A stretch of 64,000 bases of DNA from Alphaproteobacteria bacterium (GTDB lineage Bacteria > Pseudomonadota > Alphaproteobacteria > CALKHQ01). This document shows, in pieces, positions 8,989 to 17,332 of the stretch. Position 1 is the stretch's first letter. Every line of letters starts with the position of its first letter. A model generated the notes under the pieces. The model did no database searches. It saw only the letters and a list, made by a program, of their open reading frames with translations, and was not told where the DNA came from. The DNA is taken from NCBI GenBank assembly GCA_965227515.1, contig CBDDFZ010000001.1, forward strand, positions 2,752,001 through 2,816,000, written 5' to 3'. The position numbers and the translations under genes were made by a program.

Positions 8989-10901
8989 GCGAGACCATCA
9001 TCAACAGCAAAGCCGTCATATACTGCCGCGTCTCCAGCACGGCGCAGACGCGGCGCGGCGATGGCCTCGGCTCTCAGGAAACGCGGTGCCGCGAATACGC
9101 GCGCGTGCGCGGCTACGAGATCGTGCAGGTGTTCACCGACGATCTGAGCGGCAGCGCCGTCGACCGTCCTGGCGTCAAGGCGATGCTCTCCTTCCTGAAA
9201 AAGCATCGCAGCAATCCACACGTCATTCTCGTCGACGATATATCGCGCCTGGCCCGCTCGGTGAGCGCGCACATCGAATTGCGTGCCGCGATAACGCTGG
9301 CAGGCGGGCGGCTGGAATCCCCGACCCTCGAATTCAATGACGATGCCGACAGCGAGTTGCAGGAATATATCCTCGCGACCGTCGCGCAGCATCAACGCCG
9401 CAAGAACGCTGAGCAAACCAAGAACCGGATGCGTGCGCGCGTCATGAACGGCTACTGGGTCTTTCAGGCTCCGGTGGGCTACCGCTATGAGAAGTCCGGG
9501 GGGCACGGCAAGGTGCTCGTCCGCGACGAGCCTCTTGCCTCTATCGTGCAAGAGGCGCTCGAAGGCTTCGCCACTGGCCGCTTCCAGATTCAGGCCGAGG
9601 TCAAGCGCTTCCTGGAATCCCATCCTCAGTATCCGCGCGACCGCAACGGTGAAGTCCGCAATCAGCGCGTCACCGAGCTGCTGACCCGTGGCGTGTATGC
9701 CGGGCTGGTCGAAGCGCCGTCCTGGGACGTGGGTGTGCGAGAGGGCAAACACACCGGATTGATCTCGTTGGAGACCTTCCGAAAAATCCAGGACCGCCTC
9801 AACGGCAAGGGCCGTGCGCCGGTCAGAAAGGACCTGAGCGAGGACTTCCCGCTTCGCGGCGCGGTCGTGTGCGGGTGCTGCGGAACGCCACTGACGGCTT
9901 GCTGGTCGTCCGGTCGCAAAGCTCGCTATCCGTATTACCTCTGCCCGAAGCGGGGCTGTGAGAGCTACGGCAAGTCGATCAAGCGCGATCAGATCGAAGG
10001 TGAGTTCGAGGCGCTGCTGCTCACCCTCCGGCCCTCCGAGGGCCTGTTCCGGGTGGCCTGCGCCATGTTCAAGAAGCTCTGGGACACGCGGCTTGAATCC
10101 CACAAGGCCGAAAGCCGTTCGCTCGGCGCTGCGATCACGAAGATCGAGCAGGATGTCGATCAGCTGCTCGACCGGATCGTCGAGACGGATTCGCCGTCGG
10201 TGATCCGTGCCTACGAGAAGCGGATCAAGGAGATGGAGCTGCGCAAGATGGAACTGCGGGAAAAGGTCTCACAGTGCGGGCGACCGATCCTCGGCTTCGA
10301 CGAGTCACTTAGAACCGCCCTCGATTTCCTCGGAAACCCGCAGAAACTCTGGGCTTCTGACCGTATCGATCACAAGCGCGCTGTGCTCAAACTCACCTTT
10401 GGGGAGCGTCTGTCATACACCCGAGATGGAGGGTTTAGAACCGCCGATGTGGCCTTACCTTTCAAGGCTTTAGCCGACTTCTCAGGGGGTAAAAGCAGAA
10501 TGGCGCGCCCGGCAGGATTCGAACCTGCGGCCCCAGGATTAGGAATCCTGTGCTCTATCCTACTGAGCTACGGGCGCCCATGCGGCAGCTCGGCCAGTCC
10601 GGAACGGGTGAGTCCGCGCTGTCGATATGTCCGGCAATCTAGTCGCTGGCGGGCCGAATTCCAAACTGATTGGCAGCAGCGGGGGCGCCCGGTATCGTGG
10701 CGCCGGGCGGACGTGGTGGAATTGGTAGACACAACAGACTTCGCGAACGGGAGTGCCCGTGGGGAAACCCGCGGTGCAGAACCGCTCAAATTCGGGGAAA
10801 GCTTCGCGGCCGGCGCAATTTCACGTGGCCGTTGCCGATCCCGAGCCAAGCCCGTGCCGGGGCCTCTACCGGGCAACGGTGCGGGAAGGTGTAGAGACTA
10901 G
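8985..10901 (+). CDS. Large serine recombinase (integrase); the meaningful part ends near 10,500 and the ORF reads on through the tRNA genes
   Basis: AVIYCRVSS catalytic Ser motif, DRPG, DDISRLAR, APVGY, Zn ribbon CGCCG...YYLC, coiled coil. Confidence 0.93.
   Translation: MSETIINSKAVIYCRVSSTAQTRRGDGLGSQETRCREYARVRGYEIVQVFTDDLSGSAVDRPGVKAMLSFLKKHRSNPHVILVDDISRLARSVSAHIELRAAITLAGGRLESPTLEFNDDADSELQEYILATVAQHQRRKNAEQTKNRMRARVMNGYWVFQAPVGYRYEKSGGHGKVLVRDEPLASIVQEALEGFATGRFQIQAEVKRFLESHPQYPRDRNGEVRNQRVTELLTRGVYAGLVEAPSWDVGVREGKHTGLISLETFRKIQDRLNGKGRAPVRKDLSEDFPLRGAVVCGCCGTPLTACWSSGRKARYPYYLCPKRGCESYGKSIKRDQIEGEFEALLLTLRPSEGLFRVACAMFKKLWDTRLESHKAESRSLGAAITKIEQDVDQLLDRIVETDSPSVIRAYEKRIKEMELRKMELREKVSQCGRPILGFDESLRTALDFLGNPQKLWASDRIDHKRAVLKLTFGERLSYTRDGGFRTADVALPFKALADFSGGKSRMARPAGFEPAAPGLGILCSILLSYGRPCGSSASPERVSPRCRYVRQSSRWRAEFQTDWQQRGRPVSWRRADVVELVDTTDFANGSARGETRGAEPLKFGESFAAGAISRGRCRSRAKPVPGPLPGNGAGRCRD
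10501..10577 (-). tRNA. tRNA-Arg(CCT)
   Basis: Reverse complement GCGCCCGTAGCTCAGTAGGATAGAGCACAGGATTCCTAATCCTGGGGCCGCAGGTTCGAATCCTGCCGGGCGCGCCA; anticodon arm CAGGA-TT-CCT-AA-TCCTG; encoded CCA. Confidence 0.96.
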
Positions 10902-11094
10902 ACGGGCGGCGCCTGGGGCCGGCTTCCGTCGCGTTTGGCGCGTCGGGCGGCCGGTGACGGCGAAGGGATAGTCCAGGCCCCAAACGGCGCGCGCTTTTAC
11001 GCTTCGAGGCGCGGCCGGCGGCGAAAGCCGTGGCGGGTATGAAAATCTGTTGCACCTTGTGTGCGTGCGGGTTCAAGTCCCGCCGTCCGCACCA
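10707..11094 (+). tRNA. tRNA-Leu(TAA) split by a group I intron (exons 10707-10741 and 11042-11094)
   Basis: 5' exon GCGGACGTGGTGGAATTGGTAGACACAACAGACTT plus 3' exon AAAATCTGTTGCACC...GGTTCAAGTCCCGCCGTCCGCACCA rebuild ACAGA-CT-T^AA-AA-TCTGT and a 7-bp acceptor stem. Confidence 0.93.
10742..11041 (+). ncRNA. Group I self-splicing intron (IC3-like), 300 nt, no homing endonuclease ORF
   Basis: Core elements P CTCAAATTCGGGGAAA, Q CCCGAGCCAAG, R GTGTAGAGACTAGACGG, S AAGGGATAGTCC; exon ends in U; intron ends in G. Confidence 0.92.
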
Positions 11095-11181
11095 ATTGCT
11101 TGGGCCGGTTTGCTGATCATGTCGGCACTTGTGCAAGTGCGGCATTGTGGCCGCCCTGAAACGCAACATGCACTCCAAGAT

Positions 11182-11304
11182 CGTCATGCCCGCACTTGTT
11201 GCGGGCATCCACGTCTTTCATTCGGCGATGTCAAGTCGTGGATGGTCCCTCGGGACCGGCCAAAGGCCGGCCCGAGGACAGGCTCACCAAGCCCGACCAT
11301 GACG
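11182..11304. repeat. REP-like palindromic element (GTCATGCCCG...CGGGCATCCAC family)
   Basis: CGTCATGCCCGCACTTGTTGCGGGCATCCACGTC...CCATGACG; a near-identical inverted copy lies at about 51,878-51,912. Confidence 0.75.
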
Positions 11305-11401
11305 ATGGGGAGGGGACATCGCGCGATAACCGGAATGGACCCTCGGCCTTCGGCCAAGGGTCACAAGTGAGAGCGGGTGAGAGGCCGAAGCGCCTTGCCG
11401 C

Positions 11402-12100
11402 TCACTCCTCGAACGGGCGCAGGAATTCCGCCTCGATCAGGAATTCGACCTCGTCGGAGACACCCATTCTCGAGCCCTCGGGCGGCACGCCGAAGCCCAT
11501 GCCGAAGTCGGAGCGCAGCAACGCGCCAGAGGCGGAGAAGCCGATCCGCGAGTTCGGGTCGTAGGGGTGGCTGACATAGCCGCCATTGAAGATGACATTC
11601 AGGGTCACCGGGTGGGTGACGCCGCGCAGCGTCAGGTCGCCGGTGACGTCCGCCGTGGTCTCGCCGGTCAGCGTGACGCCGGTCGACCGGAACGTCATCT
11701 CCGGATGGGTGGCGGTGTCGAACCAGGTCTCGCTACGCAGGATCGCGTTGAAGTCGAGCTCGTCGGGGTCGGGCGGGTGGGTCTCGATCGAGGCCGGGTC
11801 GATGGTGGCGCTGACCGACATCGTCTCCGGTGCGGCGGGGTCGAACTCCAGGGTCGCATCGAAGCGCGCGAACCGGCTGACGAAGTGCGAGAAGCCGATG
11901 TGGTCGACCCGAAAGATCAGGCTGGCGTGGATCTGGTCAAGCCGGTAAGTGCCGGCCGGAAGCTCTGTCGGCTCCGCCACCGTGGGGTCGACGAATGCTG
12001 CCTCGTCCTGAGCGTTGGCGGCGGTTGTCGCGCAAAGGGCCAAGCCTGCGACGGCTGGCACGAACGTCGTCTTGACCCGACCTATCCAACCCCTAACCAT
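11402..12100 (-). CDS. YceI family periplasmic lipid/polyisoprenoid-binding protein
   Basis: Signal peptide; GTYRLDQIHASLIFRVDHIGFS, GDLTLRGVTHPV, RIGFSA, RSDFGM. Confidence 0.9.
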   Translation of the reverse strand: MVRGWIGRVKTTFVPAVAGLALCATTAANAQDEAAFVDPTVAEPTELPAGTYRLDQIHASLIFRVDHIGFSHFVSRFARFDATLEFDPAAPETMSVSATIDPASIETHPPDPDELDFNAILRSETWFDTATHPEMTFRSTGVTLTGETTADVTGDLTLRGVTHPVTLNVIFNGGYVSHPYDPNSRIGFSASGALLRSDFGMGFGVPPEGSRMGVSDEVEFLIEAEFLRPFEE

Positions 12101-12171
12101 GCTGTGCTCCCATCTGTCGCGACCCGGGCGCATGTCTTTGCGCATGGCGCGCGTGCCGGTCAATCCCCGCC

Positions 12172-13026
12172 TCACATCTCCTGGCGAACCTGGGCGTAGG
12201 CCAGCAGCGAGAACAGGCCGGTGCCGCCGATCAGATTGCCGGCCAGCGCCGGCAACAGCAACCCGCCAAAGCCGTGGCCGACGCCGACCTCGCCAGCCAG
12301 CATCAGCAGGAACACCTCTCCCGAGCCGACCACGATGTGGGCGAACTGGCCGATGGCGATCACGTAGGTCAATAATGCGATGACCCAGAACCGCGCCGAC
12401 TCCGCGCTCGGCAGCATCCACACGATGGCCGCCATGAAGAAACCGGCGGGGATGCCGCGGATCAGCGCCTCCAGCGCGGTCAGCTCGGCGAAATGGCGCG
12501 AGATCGCGAGCATGCCCTCCACATGGTCGGAGTGCGACGTGCCGATGAAGGTCACCAGCAGGGCGACGATGAAGGTGCCGGTCATGTTGGCGCCAAGCAC
12601 CACCCCCCACAGCCGGGCGGTGCGGGTGAGCTTGGCACGGCCGAAGTCGGCCAGCAGCGGCAGGATCACCGAGATGGTATTCTCGGTGAAGAGCTGCATG
12701 CGGCTGAGAATGACGATGATGAAGCCGACGCAGTAGCCGGCGCCCTCGATCAACGGGCGGTAGGGCGTGTCCGGCAGGTGGTGGTGCAGGATGCCGGTGA
12801 CCAGCAGCGAGGCGGAGATGGCGATGCCGGCGGCCACGCCCGACCACCACAGCGAGGACACCGGGCGGTCCAGCTCCTCCTCGCCTTCGCGGCGGACGAT
12901 CTCGTAGACCACCCGTGGCCGAAGACGCTGGCGGTCCTGGGTGACCTCGCGTTCTTCGGCGTCCAGGCCCTCGGCGTTTTGCCTGCCGGCGTTTTCCCTG
13001 GCGTCGCGGGCCTGGTCGTCGGCCAT
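12172..13026 (-). CDS. Formate/nitrite transporter family (YfdC-like)
   Basis: EGEEEL, QLFTENT, HIVVGS, GNLIGG; multiple TM segments. Confidence 0.88.
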   Translation of the reverse strand: MADDQARDARENAGRQNAEGLDAEEREVTQDRQRLRPRVVYEIVRREGEEELDRPVSSLWWSGVAAGIAISASLLVTGILHHHLPDTPYRPLIEGAGYCVGFIIVILSRMQLFTENTISVILPLLADFGRAKLTRTARLWGVVLGANMTGTFIVALLVTFIGTSHSDHVEGMLAISRHFAELTALEALIRGIPAGFFMAAIVWMLPSAESARFWVIALLTYVIAIGQFAHIVVGSGEVFLLMLAGEVGVGHGFGGLLLPALAGNLIGGTGLFSLLAYAQVRQEM

Positions 13027-13032
13027 GCGGGC

Positions 13033-13971
13033 TCAGACTGGCGTACGCACGGGCTGGCCGGCGAAATGCAGGTCCAAATTCTCGATGGTCAGGTCGCCCA
13101 TGGCGCGCCGGGTCTCGGTGGTGGCGCTGGCCACGTGGGGCTGCAGCACGACATTGTGCATGCCGATCAGTTCCTCCGGCACATTGGGCTCATTGGCGAA
13201 CACGTCCAGCCCGGCGGCGGCGATGCGGCCGTTGCGCAGCGCGTCGATCAGGGCGGCCTCGTCGACCACCGAGCCGCGTGCGACGTTGACCAGGAACCCG
13301 TTCGGTCCCAGTGCCTCCAACACCTCGGCATTGATCAGGTTCCGGGTCGCCGGCCCGCCGGGGCAGATCGCGACCAGGAAGTCGACGTCGGCGGCCATGG
13401 TCACCAGGTTGTCGTAGTAGGGCAGGTCGACATCGGGCTGCTCGCTGCGGCCGTGATAGACCACCGGGCAGTCGAACGCCGCGCAGCGCCGCGCGATCAC
13501 CTTGCCGATCCGGCCCAGGCCCAGAATGCCGACGGTCTTGCCGGAGAACTTGGTCTGCAGGGCCATGATGCCCTCTTTCGGCCAACGGCCGTCGCGCACA
13601 TAGCGGTCGCCCTGCGGGATCGCGCGCGCCACCGACAGCAAGAGGCCGATGGCCAGGTCGGCCACGTCATCGTTCAGCACGCCGGGGGTGTTGGTGACGG
13701 TGATGTTGCGTTCCCTCGCCGCCGCCACGTCGATGCCGTCATAGCCGACGCCGTAGCACGAGATCACTTCCAGCTTCGGCAGCGCGTCCATCAACTCGGC
13801 CGAGGCGCCGTGGTGCCCGTCGGTGGCGATGCCGCGCACCCGGGGGGCGATCTCGGCCAGCAGGGCGGCGCGGTCGTCCGCCTCCCACAACCGGTGCGCT
13901 TCGTACTTCTCGGCAAGCTCGTCCATGATCCGTTGCATCAACGGGCAAACGATCAGGATCTCGGTCTTCAT
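13033..13971 (-). CDS. D-isomer 2-hydroxyacid dehydrogenase (glyoxylate/hydroxypyruvate reductase-like)
   Basis: GVGYDGID, NTPGVL, GLGRIG, NVARGSVVDE, GLDVFANEP, PHVAS. Confidence 0.92.
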   Translation of the reverse strand: MKTEILIVCPLMQRIMDELAEKYEAHRLWEADDRAALLAEIAPRVRGIATDGHHGASAELMDALPKLEVISCYGVGYDGIDVAAARERNITVTNTPGVLNDDVADLAIGLLLSVARAIPQGDRYVRDGRWPKEGIMALQTKFSGKTVGILGLGRIGKVIARRCAAFDCPVVYHGRSEQPDVDLPYYDNLVTMAADVDFLVAICPGGPATRNLINAEVLEALGPNGFLVNVARGSVVDEAALIDALRNGRIAAAGLDVFANEPNVPEELIGMHNVVLQPHVASATTETRRAMGDLTIENLDLHFAGQPVRTPV

Positions 13972-14032
13972 GCTCGGGTGGTCTCCGTCAGGTGGGCGCG
14001 GTGGCCGCTCGGCCGCGTGAGGTGTGGGCTAT

Positions 14033-14650
14033 CTACTGCTCGATAAATGAAAGGATGGGGCGCCATTCCTCGACATAGTCGCGGGTGCGGCTGCCGCCGA
14101 TTTCGCACAGGCCGAGGCCCTGGGTCGCGGCCGTGGTGTAGAGCTGGGTCTCGCGCAGGGTCGCGACCGTGGGGAAGGGCAGGGCGTCCAGGAACGCGTT
14201 CAGACGGGTCAGCGCGCTGGTGCGCAAGCGCACCCGGTTGGCGATCAGGCCGACCTGGCGGCGCTGCTTGCGGATCGGCTTGGTGTCGGCGATCTGCTTC
14301 AGGAAGCGGCGGGTGCCGTCCTCGTCGAAAATCGACGGCAGCACCGGGATCAGGATCACGTCGCTGTCGTCCACCAGGTCGCGGCTCAGGCTCTTGCGCA
14401 TCGCCGCCACGCCATCGATCACGACAATGTCGGATTTCTTTGGCAGCTTGTCGCCCGCGTCCAAATCGACCGCGCGGATTGGCGGGGCGGTTTTCGGCCG
14501 CCGGCGCAACCAGGTCAGCGCGCCCTGCTGCTTGTCCAGATCGGCAAGCGCGGTGGCGTGGCCCTTGCCGGCCAGAAGGGCCGCCAGGTTGGTTGCGACG
14601 GTGGTCTTGCCGCTGCCGCCCTTGACGTTGGCGATGCTGATGACGCGCAT
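14033..14650 (-). CDS. Orphan ParA family ATPase
   Basis: KGGSGKTT deviant Walker A, DLDKQ; no parB nearby. Confidence 0.85.
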   Translation of the reverse strand: MRVISIANVKGGSGKTTVATNLAALLAGKGHATALADLDKQQGALTWLRRRPKTAPPIRAVDLDAGDKLPKKSDIVVIDGVAAMRKSLSRDLVDDSDVILIPVLPSIFDEDGTRRFLKQIADTKPIRKQRRQVGLIANRVRLRTSALTRLNAFLDALPFPTVATLRETQLYTTAATQGLGLCEIGGSRTRDYVEEWRPILSFIEQ

Positions 14651-14804
14651 GGGGCGAACTTACGCGGCGTGCCCCGAGGTTGCCAAGCGCGATTGCCGGG
14701 CGCGATCGCCCTTCCTGACGGTCGGCGCGATTGCCTTCGGCGGTTGCCGGTGCGAAGGTGCCGCGCCGCGGTGAAGTGACCAGCGAAACTACAGGGTTGA
14801 ACCG

Positions 14805-15659
14805 ATGACCAAACCGATTGGAAACAAAGGCTGGATTGCGGCATTGGGCATGGCGGCGGCACTGCCGATGGCCGGCCCGGGCTCGGCCAGCGCACAAGAC
14901 GTGCTGCCGGTGATCGGCTTGCAAAACTTGGACACGATGGCGGTCGACTGGGCGTTCCAGTGCCTGATGGGCGGCGTGCAGAACGGCCAGTTCATTGACG
15001 CCGATACGGCGGCACCGCAATTGCGCGGCGGCGAGGTGGTGCGCTGGCTGACATTGGAGGGCCAGCAGGGACGGGCGCAAAGCCAGCTTCCGTACTCGCC
15101 CGACGACGTTTGCGACTGGATGCACATCACGGACGCGGCGCCAATCCCGCAGGGCCCGATCACGGCGGTGGGCGTGGGCGGCAATTGGGACGCGATGCCG
15201 GGTATCGTGCTGAACAGCCCGGAGAGCGTGACCTATCGCACCGCGACCGCCCAGGCGATGCGCGAGCTTGGCTTCAACGTGCCGGATCAGGTGCGGCTGA
15301 CCCAGGTGATCCGGGTCGATATCGATGGCGACGGCACGGATGAGGTGCTAGTCACGGCCTCCAACCGCGACCTGCGCAACCAGACCCGCGTGCAGGCCGG
15401 CGATCATTCGATGATCTTGCTGCGCCGGGTGGTGAACGGCGAGGTGATTACCACCGTGATCGATGGCGAGTACCACGAAGTTGAGCGCGAATTCGCAGCA
15501 CCGCTGGAGTTCATGGTGCATGCGGTGGCCGACCTGAACGGTGACGGCGATATGGAGGTCGTGCTGTCGGTCGACTACTACGAGGGGATGGCGATCGAGG
15601 TCCACGACGTCATCAACGGCCAGTCCGAGATCGTCATGGGCTGCGGTTGCGGCGTCTGA
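14805..15659 (+). CDS. Secreted hypothetical protein with DxDGDG (FG-GAP/Ca-binding-like) motifs
   Basis: Signal peptide; DIDGDGTDE and DLNGDGDME; C-terminal CGCGV. Confidence 0.75.
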   Translation: MTKPIGNKGWIAALGMAAALPMAGPGSASAQDVLPVIGLQNLDTMAVDWAFQCLMGGVQNGQFIDADTAAPQLRGGEVVRWLTLEGQQGRAQSQLPYSPDDVCDWMHITDAAPIPQGPITAVGVGGNWDAMPGIVLNSPESVTYRTATAQAMRELGFNVPDQVRLTQVIRVDIDGDGTDEVLVTASNRDLRNQTRVQAGDHSMILLRRVVNGEVITTVIDGEYHEVEREFAAPLEFMVHAVADLNGDGDMEVVLSVDYYEGMAIEVHDVINGQSEIVMGCGCGV

Positions 15660-15687
15660 CGCCGACGAGCGGGGCCGCGCGGGCGCG

Positions 15688-16440
15688 ATGGAGCCGCTGA
15701 GCGACCTGATCCCGATCGGGTGGCCGATCCTGGTCGGCGCATTCTGCGCCACCGCGCTCGGTGCCATGATCCAGTCGATCGCCGGTTTCGGGCTCGGCCT
15801 GTTGGCCGGGCCGACGCTGGCGGCGCTGGATCCGGCGCTGGTGCCGGCACCGGTGCTAATCGTCACCTTCGCGCTCGGCTGCATCATCGTGGTGCGCGAC
15901 TGGGGGCGCATCGCGTGGCAGGAGGTTGGGCTACTGACCGGCGGACGGTGGCTGGGCGCGCTGCCGGCGGCGGCCCTGGTCGCCTATGTCAACCTGACCC
16001 TGTTCTACATCATCTTCGGCATCATGGTTCTGGTCGGCGTGGCGCTCAGCCTGGCCGGCAGGACGGCGCGCTTCACCAACCGCAATTTGCTGCTGGCCGG
16101 CGTCGGTTCCGGTGTCATGGGGACATTCGCGTCCATCGGCGCGCCGCCGATCCTGATGGTCTACCAGCAAAGCCGCACCGAGCAGGCGCGCGGCACGCTG
16201 GCCGTGGTGTTCGGCATCGGCGGCCTGTTGTCGGTGCTGGCGCTGACAATCTTCGGCGAGGTCGGGGCGGCGGACCTGGTGCTGGCCGCAATCCTGTTGC
16301 CGGCGGTCGTCGTCGGCTTCGCGCTGGCCCGGCCGGTGGGGCGCATGCTGGCGGCCAGCAGCCTGCGGTGGTTCGCCATCGGCGCATCGACGCTGGCCGC
16401 GTTCTACCTGATCGGCCGCGGTCTCATGCAATTATTGTAG
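15688..16440 (+). CDS. TauE/SafE (TSUP) family membrane transporter
   Basis: QSIAGFGLGL, SIGAPP; about 8 TM. Confidence 0.85.
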   Translation: MEPLSDLIPIGWPILVGAFCATALGAMIQSIAGFGLGLLAGPTLAALDPALVPAPVLIVTFALGCIIVVRDWGRIAWQEVGLLTGGRWLGALPAAALVAYVNLTLFYIIFGIMVLVGVALSLAGRTARFTNRNLLLAGVGSGVMGTFASIGAPPILMVYQQSRTEQARGTLAVVFGIGGLLSVLALTIFGEVGAADLVLAAILLPAVVVGFALARPVGRMLAASSLRWFAIGASTLAAFYLIGRGLMQLL

Positions 16441-16444
16441 CAAG

Positions 16445-17059
16445 TCAGGTGTTCCGGTAACGGACCAGAGACCCGGTGCCGCTGGGCGCGTTGTCGTCCA
16501 GCTCGCCGCATACGGTCACCATGAACCGCACGACGTTGCCGTCCGCGCTGTCCACCAAAGGCACGATCAGCTTGTGCCAGGTGCTGATGCGGGGGTCGTC
16601 GGCCGGGTCGTGGCGGGCATAAAGCGGGGCCCGGGCCGCCAATGCCGATTGGTAGCACTGGTTCAGGAACGCGGCGGCCGAGCGGTCCAGCGTCGAAAGC
16701 CGCCGGCCGGTCAGATCCTCGTCGTAGTGCCAGACCAGTTCGCTCGGATACAGCCGATAGATGAAGTCGTGCCCGTCGTTGACGACGTCGACCAGCATCA
16801 CCCAGCCGAGCAATGGGCCAAGTGCGGTGGGGTCGAGCTGATCGACGGTGGGGCAGTCGGCATCGCCGCGGATCTCGGCCCAATGCTCCAGCGCGAACCG
16901 CAGGCGCTTGACCGGCAGGTCGCTGGCTTTCGGGTTCAGGATGAAGACCGGTGGCGTCTGGCCGCGCTTGCGGCTGCCGGTGGTGCGGCCGCGCGGAATC
17001 TTGGAAGTGCCGGGCTTGCCCAGGGCCGAAGCGATATAGGTCACGTTGCTGCGCGGCAT
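16445..17059 (-). CDS. PAS-domain (PAS_5-like) protein
   Basis: HWAEIRG...P...LDP...LGWVMLVDV...FIYRL...DLTGRRL...LIVPL. Confidence 0.7.
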   Translation of the reverse strand: MPRSNVTYIASALGKPGTSKIPRGRTTGSRKRGQTPPVFILNPKASDLPVKRLRFALEHWAEIRGDADCPTVDQLDPTALGPLLGWVMLVDVVNDGHDFIYRLYPSELVWHYDEDLTGRRLSTLDRSAAAFLNQCYQSALAARAPLYARHDPADDPRISTWHKLIVPLVDSADGNVVRFMVTVCGELDDNAPSGTGSLVRYRNT

Positions 17060-17332
17060 GAGTCAACCTGAGCGCGAATGTGAACGCACAAATTCGATTA
17101 CTTGCTTGCGCAAATAATTCGGGTCGGAATGGCTTTGGCAAATTCGCCGAAACGGCGTCTTGTCACCCCTCAGTGAGGGACAGTAGCCGGACACCGGTCC
17201 GGAGGCAAGCCGTAGGCGAGTCTTCGCTCCGCGATGAATGCTGCCAGTTGAAAAATGCATATTTCCGCTCGGTTCTCTTACCTGAAGGCCGCCGCCGCCT
17301 GCTTGATGACAACCGCCATCAAACATGCAGCA

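Larger units (their letters stand above)
1..10501. mobile_element. Right arm of an integrative (mobilizable) element at tRNA-Arg(CCT)
   Basis: R-M cargo, T4CP and serine integrase abutting the tRNA 3' end; the left boundary lies outside the window. Confidence 0.8.

Noticed and set aside
10578-10901. C-terminal 130 aa of the recombinase as a real protein domain
   Set aside because: It is translated tRNA, spacer and intron sequence; treated as read-through.
10568-11370. Small ORFs over the intron as a homing endonuclease
   Set aside because: No LAGLIDADG, HNH or GIY-YIG motif, and the intron is only 300 nt.
14033-14650. ParA as evidence of a plasmid or partition locus
   Set aside because: Short orphan ParA among chromosomal genes, with no parB, parS or rep.
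17130-17235. Possible c-di-GMP-I riboswitch (GGCAAA..GAAA stem) between the PAS gene and kynA
   Set aside because: The expected GACGCAAA/P2 elements are not evident; it would need an Infernal search.
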